Shown: in pieces, positions 17,210-19,420 of the stretch
Position numbering within the stretch: position 1 is the stretch's first letter
How the letters are laid out: each line of letters opens with the position of its first letter
Origin: Promethearchaeota archaeon
Lineage (GTDB): Archaea; Asgardarchaeota; Lokiarchaeia; Sigyniarchaeales; SOKP01
NCBI GenBank assembly: GCA_016839585.1
Contig: JAEOTZ010000009.1
Coordinates: forward strand, 1-19,420
Length of the DNA stretch: 19,420 nucleotides
Direction: 5' to 3'
The notes under the pieces: model-generated
Databases searched by the model: none
Told to the model about the DNA's origin: nothing
Seen by the model: the letters and a program-made list of their open reading frames with translations, nothing else
Position numbers and translations under genes: made by a program

Positions 17210-18523
17210 CTATTTTCCAAAAGCTTGTTTAATCTGATCTATCCTTTTTTTTGCCTTTTCTAGATTGATTTGTGCTCTACTGGGGGAATCATTTAAAATA
17301 AATGCATACTTTCCCAATAATTTCCTATCATTATCTTCAAGAGGCTCATTTTTATTTAATTTATCAATTATTAATACAAGCTCATTATAATTTTTAGAAG
17401 CTGCATTTTCATATAATTGATTTAACATAAATTCGGAAATGCTTGATTGTCGGATATGATCAACAATCTCACTTACGTCCGCAATTGCAATTTGTTCATT
17501 TTTTTTCTGATTTGGCATTGTTGTAATATTAAGTATTTTGTCTTCTGTGGATTCAATATCTTCCGAAATCTCTGAAATTTTAAAATTGATTGATGGGATA
17601 TATTCGCCTGATTCAATTAAATCGATTAAAATGTCTGTTATTTCATTACTTGTTTCATTTAATTCTGAATTTAAATAGTGTTTAAAAATACCAACTCTTA
17701 ATAATTGATTTATGTCTAAAACCTCCCAGTTGGCTGTGTACTTGAGGATTTGATTAATATCAAAAACGATTTTAGGATTTCGTTCCAAAAAATGTCTAAG
17801 TATTGTCTCTCTTTCTATTTCATTTAAAAGAGGTATTTTAATAAAAAGGTCAAATATATTATATAATTGATTTGAATTCTCGGCTATCTCTTTTAGATCA
17901 TAATTAATCCAAACGATTAACAAATTTGAGTTAAGAAAGTTCAAATTAGTATCGCTATTTTCTTGGATATCTATAAACTTTTGTAATAAACTTACTCCTT
18001 GTAAATTTTTCATTAACTTCTTTTGTTGATTTATAATTATTAATTTCTTATTATCATTTTTTCCAAAATTGGTTTGGTCAGGTACATCTTTCTCTTGTTT
18101 ACTTATTTCTGATTCTTTTTCCGATTTTGATGCCATACCAAGACTTTTTATGATTGAATGAAAGCTGGTTAAAAATTTACTTTGAGATTTTATAATAGAA
18201 TTATAATCTAATTCAATAAGATCTAAATAATAATTGCTTGAAATTAATTTAATAAAATCAATTATATCTGTTCCTGGACTTATATTAATTAAAAGTGCCC
18301 CCTTTGGTTCAATATATTCCTGGATTACCATATCGTCATTATTAGTTAACATTACCTTTATATAATTAATAATATCATTATATTTATCCCGATAGAAGAT
18401 ATTTTCTTTATCAATGGTAACTTCTGATGGGGTTATTGTTCGAAAATACTTAGAAAATTCCGGAATCTTACTTAAATCAATCATAAAAATTTTTCTTATT
18501 TGTTTTAGCAAATTTATGAACAT
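17210..18523 (-). CDS. Degenerate (probably inactive) classic-clade AAA+ protein with C-terminal helical domain; start may be ATG 18484
   Basis: PKGALLINISPGTDII (cf. PKGVLLYGPPGTGKT), LIIINQ (cf. hhhhDE), LIVWIN (sensor 1) and FDLFIKIPLLNEIERETIL...DINQILKYTANWEVLDINQL (cf. FDRxIxIPLPDxxxRxxIL...DLxxLAxxTxGFSGADIxxL). Confidence 0.7.
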   Translation of the reverse strand: MFINLLKQIRKIFMIDLSKIPEFSKYFRTITPSEVTIDKENIFYRDKYNDIINYIKVMLTNNDDMVIQEYIEPKGALLINISPGTDIIDFIKLISSNYYLDLIELDYNSIIKSQSKFLTSFHSIIKSLGMASKSEKESEISKQEKDVPDQTNFGKNDNKKLIIINQQKKLMKNLQGVSLLQKFIDIQENSDTNLNFLNSNLLIVWINYDLKEIAENSNQLYNIFDLFIKIPLLNEIERETILRHFLERNPKIVFDINQILKYTANWEVLDINQLLRVGIFKHYLNSELNETSNEITDILIDLIESGEYIPSINFKISEISEDIESTEDKILNITTMPNQKKNEQIAIADVSEIVDHIRQSSISEFMLNQLYENAASKNYNELVLIIDKLNKNEPLEDNDRKLLGKYAFILNDSPSRAQINLEKAKKRIDQIKQAFGK

Positions 18524-18780
18524 TATTTACATGGCAATTTACACATATATATTTAGCGATGACTATATTTTCCGATAATTGGAACTCCGACAAAAACCAT
18601 AAGATTTAAATATTGATGTTTTTTGAAGAAGAGAATTACAAAAAGAGGTTAATTTTAATTTAGATTAATAAAATAAAATACTTTCCTTACCATACAGAAG
18701 AATTAATCAAAATCAAATTTATCACTTAATATACTTAAATATGAAGAATTATTTTTTACAATTGGAAGTCTCCCTTTTGG

Positions 18781-19182
18781 TTAGTTAAAATTAAATTTCT
18801 CAATTAGATTAGTTAATTGCTTATTAAATTCATTCTCCATGAGGGAATAATAAGTAAATTTACCTTTTTTCCATCCCTTTATTAAATTAGCTTTCTCTAA
18901 TTCTCTTAAATGATGAGAAATTGAAGGCTGAGATTTATCTAAAATTGTTTCTAATTCGCATACACACCGGTCTTTTTTTTTCAGTGCTAAAACTATTATT
19001 AGACGTTCTCTGCTTCCTAGTGCTGTAAGAAAATCTAAAATTTTTGTAAATTCTTCATTAAATTGTAGTTTTTCACCAAACTCTTGTAATGATTTAAAAA
19101 TAATTTCAGAATTATCACATTTTTCACAACTGCATAACATTTTCTTTATCGTTTCTTTCCGTTTAGCTTTCAAAATACTCAC
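18781..19182 (-). CDS. arsR: ArsR/SmtB-family metalloregulator
   Basis: ALGxxxRLxI, alpha3 CVCEL, SQPSISHHLxxL and KxGKxxYYSL; extra N-terminal CSCEKC. Confidence 0.88.
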   Translation of the reverse strand: MSILKAKRKETIKKMLCSCEKCDNSEIIFKSLQEFGEKLQFNEEFTKILDFLTALGSRERLIIVLALKKKDRCVCELETILDKSQPSISHHLRELEKANLIKGWKKGKFTYYSLMENEFNKQLTNLIEKFNFN

Positions 19183-19240
19183 AAATAGTAATTTTAATTC
19201 CTATAATTATATATATTTAATTGAATTTAAGATTTTTTAT

Positions 19241-19264
19241 TCAAATCGAAATATTTTTATTTGA
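19241..19264. promoter_or_regulatory. Imperfect palindrome, candidate ArsR operator
   Basis: TCAAATCGAAAT|ATTTTTATTTGA, 10 of 12 pairs match, between divergent arsR and acr3. Confidence 0.45.
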
Positions 19265-19326
19265 GCCACTATATTAATAACTCAAGCTTTAACAAAATAT
19301 TCAACAATTTTTTAAATCAGGTTAAA

Positions 19327-19420
19327 ATGAGTGAGTTACAAACCGAAAAAGTTATTGAAAGTGAAGTTGAAAAATCTAAGAAAATTAGTGTCTTCGAAAA
19401 ATTTCTTCCACTTTGGGTTG
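19327..19420 (+). CDS. acr3: Probable ACR3-family arsenite efflux transporter, N-terminal fragment (runs off window)
   Basis: MSELQTEKVIESEVEKSKKISVFEKFLPLWV matches the Acr3 N-terminal SxFE(K/R)xLxLWV pattern and is divergent from arsR. Only 31 codons are visible. Confidence 0.65.
   Translation, partial: MSELQTEKVIESEVEKSKKISVFEKFLPLWV

Noticed and set aside
12529-18523. Wadjet (JetABCD) or MukBEF call for the SMC operon
   Set aside because: No Toprim/JetD nuclease is present, gene order is SMC-kleisin-KITE, the kleisin is short and ScpA-like, and the head motifs are not MukB/JetC-like.
18524-18780. Replication origin or ncRNA in the intergenic gap (weak TTCC-N7-GGAA palindrome at 18570-18584)
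   Set aside because: No repeated ORB with a G-string, no adjacent orc1/cdc6, and no GC-rich stem.
1-19420. CRISPR arrays, tRNA/rRNA genes, IS elements, selenoprotein UGA/SECIS
   Set aside because: I saw no regularly spaced repeats, GC-rich structured intergenic segments, transposase/integrase ORFs or in-frame UGA-split genes.

Overview
AT-rich archaeal chromosomal DNA, most likely Asgard archaea (Lokiarchaeia/Promethearchaeia). That placement is inferred from two Loki-CTERM-type surface proteins, an archaeal-type ThyA, a Ras-like GTPase, GGAGTGA/AGGTGA ribosome-binding sites and oligo-T terminators. The left half is mostly housekeeping: the 3' end of an aldehyde:ferredoxin oxidoreductase, ThyA, a MoaD/SAMP protein, two dolichol/phytol-kinase-family paralogs, Maf plus YjjX, DUF1028 and a RimK-family ligase. 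It also holds two small ORFs missing from the supplied track (1578-1751 and 5745-5915). The most interesting element is a tightly packed four-gene minus-strand operon (18523->12529). It encodes a catalytically dead classic-clade AAA+ protein, an SMC ATPase with Smc5/6-type motifs, a kleisin and an Nse1/Nse3-like KITE protein, so it looks like an Smc5/6-like complex with an extra pseudo-ATPase gene. Converging on it is a coupled pair of an unknown 271-aa protein and a small GTPase with a non-canonical G3 motif, encoded by an unusually GC-rich, hairpin-forming stretch. The window ends with arsR divergent from a probable acr3. No CRISPR array, tRNA, rRNA or mobile element was seen. All family calls come from motif recognition by eye; no searches were run.
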